Assembly: GCA_011109175.1 (NCBI GenBank)
Contig: RDEW01000007.1
Coordinates: 898,712 to 931,711 of the forward strand
Reading direction: 5' to 3'
Length of the DNA: 33,000 bases
From: Dicyema japonicum
Taxonomy: Eukaryota > Animalia > Dicyemida
A program made the position numbers and the translations under genes. Positions within the stretch are counted from its first letter, which is position 1. Each line of letters starts with the position of its first letter. The notes below the pieces were generated by a model. It was not told the origin of the DNA, did no database searches, and was given only the letters and a program-made list of their open reading frames with translations. Below, in pieces: positions 31,272 through 33,000 of this stretch.

Positions 31272-33000
31272 ATGGGTGAATCTAAAGTGAGAGAACTTAT
31301 TATATTAGAAATCCAATAGATTTAAAAGGAAAAGTGGTCCAAAACGGGAGAAACATGATGACTTGGATTCACTATCAGTTGATGAACTAATAGAACGTTT
31401 TGAGTCATTGCTGGTTCGATATAAGCATAATTTAAAGGATGACATGAATCTGAGTAACGAGAAGCGAGAGCCTCTAAGGAGGCAGAATACAGAGAAGAAG
31501 AGGGACATGCTACGACTTAACATGAAGAGTGAAAAGGTAACGTGTTTTTGATATGCAGAATAAAATAATGGATCCGACCTATGTGGTGAAGTTACTTAAT
31601 GATTGGAAAGGCAAGACCGAAGTTCTCAGTCGTATACGGGTGCACCTTGCAACAAACAAGATTAGTTGGATCAAGTCATTCGGACCTGCTGGACTTCTTT
31701 CTCTCCTGAATATCTTGAAAAAGAGCGTGTATGGATTATTTTTAAGCATCAGACCTAAAGATATGACGAATGCAGTGGAAGCAGTAAAATGCATTTCATT
31801 TTTCATCAATTCACAGGTATTAGTCTTTAAGTGAGGTCAGTACGGAATGGATGAGGCACTCTCCTTAAAGGAATTTGTCTTCCAGTTGTACAATTGCATA
31901 GATAAGGGGAATGATATCCTCAAATATGAGATAATGCGGATATTGGCGGTTATCACTCTGTACCCGAATGGGTTAATTCGATTTTATATTTCAGTCACTT
32001 CATTCTTCTTAATGACCTCAAATTACACTCTGACAGGACTGGAGTCCCCCGATTTTTATCGGTAGTCCAGGCCGTAGAACAAACATCAAACTTGCAGTTG
32101 GGGGTTGTTTTCAGTGGACATTTTAGTCTATGAGTTTGCAGCTAATCAACGCTCTTGTCAATACCCCCGACGATTGGGAGTTTAGGCAACATTTGAGATC
32201 CGAGATCTTACGACTTGGTTTCTTGGATTTGGTTCATGTAAGATTGACTTTAACATTTTTTAGAATCTGCAAAACTCTCTTCATGGTGATATCAAAGTCC
32301 ACGCTGACTTGTTTATCCAACTGATGAACAGTGACCACGCAGAATTTGAGAGTGCCTTTCAAGAATGCGCCTCCCATTTTGAGTATTTTGTTATTTTATT
32401 GCTGAACTATGGATTCCTGTCTCGATGCCATTCGTAAGATTCCCAACAAGCACATCACTTCGATTCTCCAACATTTGTTGTTTGTTAGGGATGAGCATCC
32501 TTTGAGAGAATTATACTTCCAGTTAATAGAGACTTGTGTGGGACAGATTATTCTCAGAAAGAATGGCATGGACCCTGACCCAGCTTACCACAGCTTTAAT
32601 TTCGACGTTGAGGAAATTCTATGTTAGTGGTTTTCTTTATGGAAGGTGGATTCGATTCCAAACTGACTGATAATATTAATACTATTGCACAGCTTAAGAG
32701 TGAATATGAGGATAAACTTGCTGTTGCTAATACTTGCAAAACTGAAGCTGAAACTAATGTGGCACTTCTCCAAGAAAAAATTGAAAAATTACAAAATGAG
32801 GTTATTATTAAAATTTAACCAGAAATCCGAGTTAATACCTGAGACTAACGAATTTGTTGACAAGATTGAGGAAGGCGTTGTTAAATCAGAGGAAGTACTG
32901 TCGAGTAGTGATAATGTTCCCCCACCTCCACCACCTCTGATTGGTACTAAAGTTGCTACTAAAACTGGTGGTACTGTTTCCCCTCCTCCGCCGCCTCTGA
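31272..33000 (+). CDS. DIAPH: Diaphanous-related formin (GBD, FH3/DID, coiled coil, start of FH1); continues beyond the right edge
   Basis: FESLL|DDMNLSNEKREPLR, LSRIRVHLATNKISWIKSFG..GL, LQLINALVNTPDDWEFRQHLRSE, SILQHLLFVRD...YFQLIETCVGQIILRKNGMDPD, and polyproline VPPPPPPL and SPPPPPL at 32917-33000. ATG at 31272; introns of 22-26 nt. Confidence 0.92.

Overview
AT-rich, compact animal-type genomic DNA (not prokaryotic) whose genes are split by very small GT-AG introns, mostly 22-27 nt. This intron size together with an animal-like gene set points to a dicyemid-type parasite, possibly carried as a contaminant in a cephalopod assembly (inference). Six host genes can be reconstructed by splicing: PI4KA (5' part, minus), SDA1 (minus), a very divergent p120/delta-catenin-family ARM protein (plus), a 60-aa SSXT-domain SS18L2-like protein (plus), a small HP1 (minus) and a Diaphanous formin (5' part, plus). 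The space between them is dense with transposable elements. These include one young intact RTE-clade LINE (975-codon APE+RT ORF, 10-bp target-site duplication, no AUG start, no Met in the first 360 codons), three copies of a tRNA-derived SINE with a structured body, a Ginger2-type integrase transposon with TIRs and a 5-bp TSD, and decayed fragments of CRE-like, R4/Dong-like and Jockey/I-like LINEs and of hAT and Tc1-like transposons. Several single-base indels in conserved genes look like consensus errors. All homology calls are from motif recognition by eye, not database searches.
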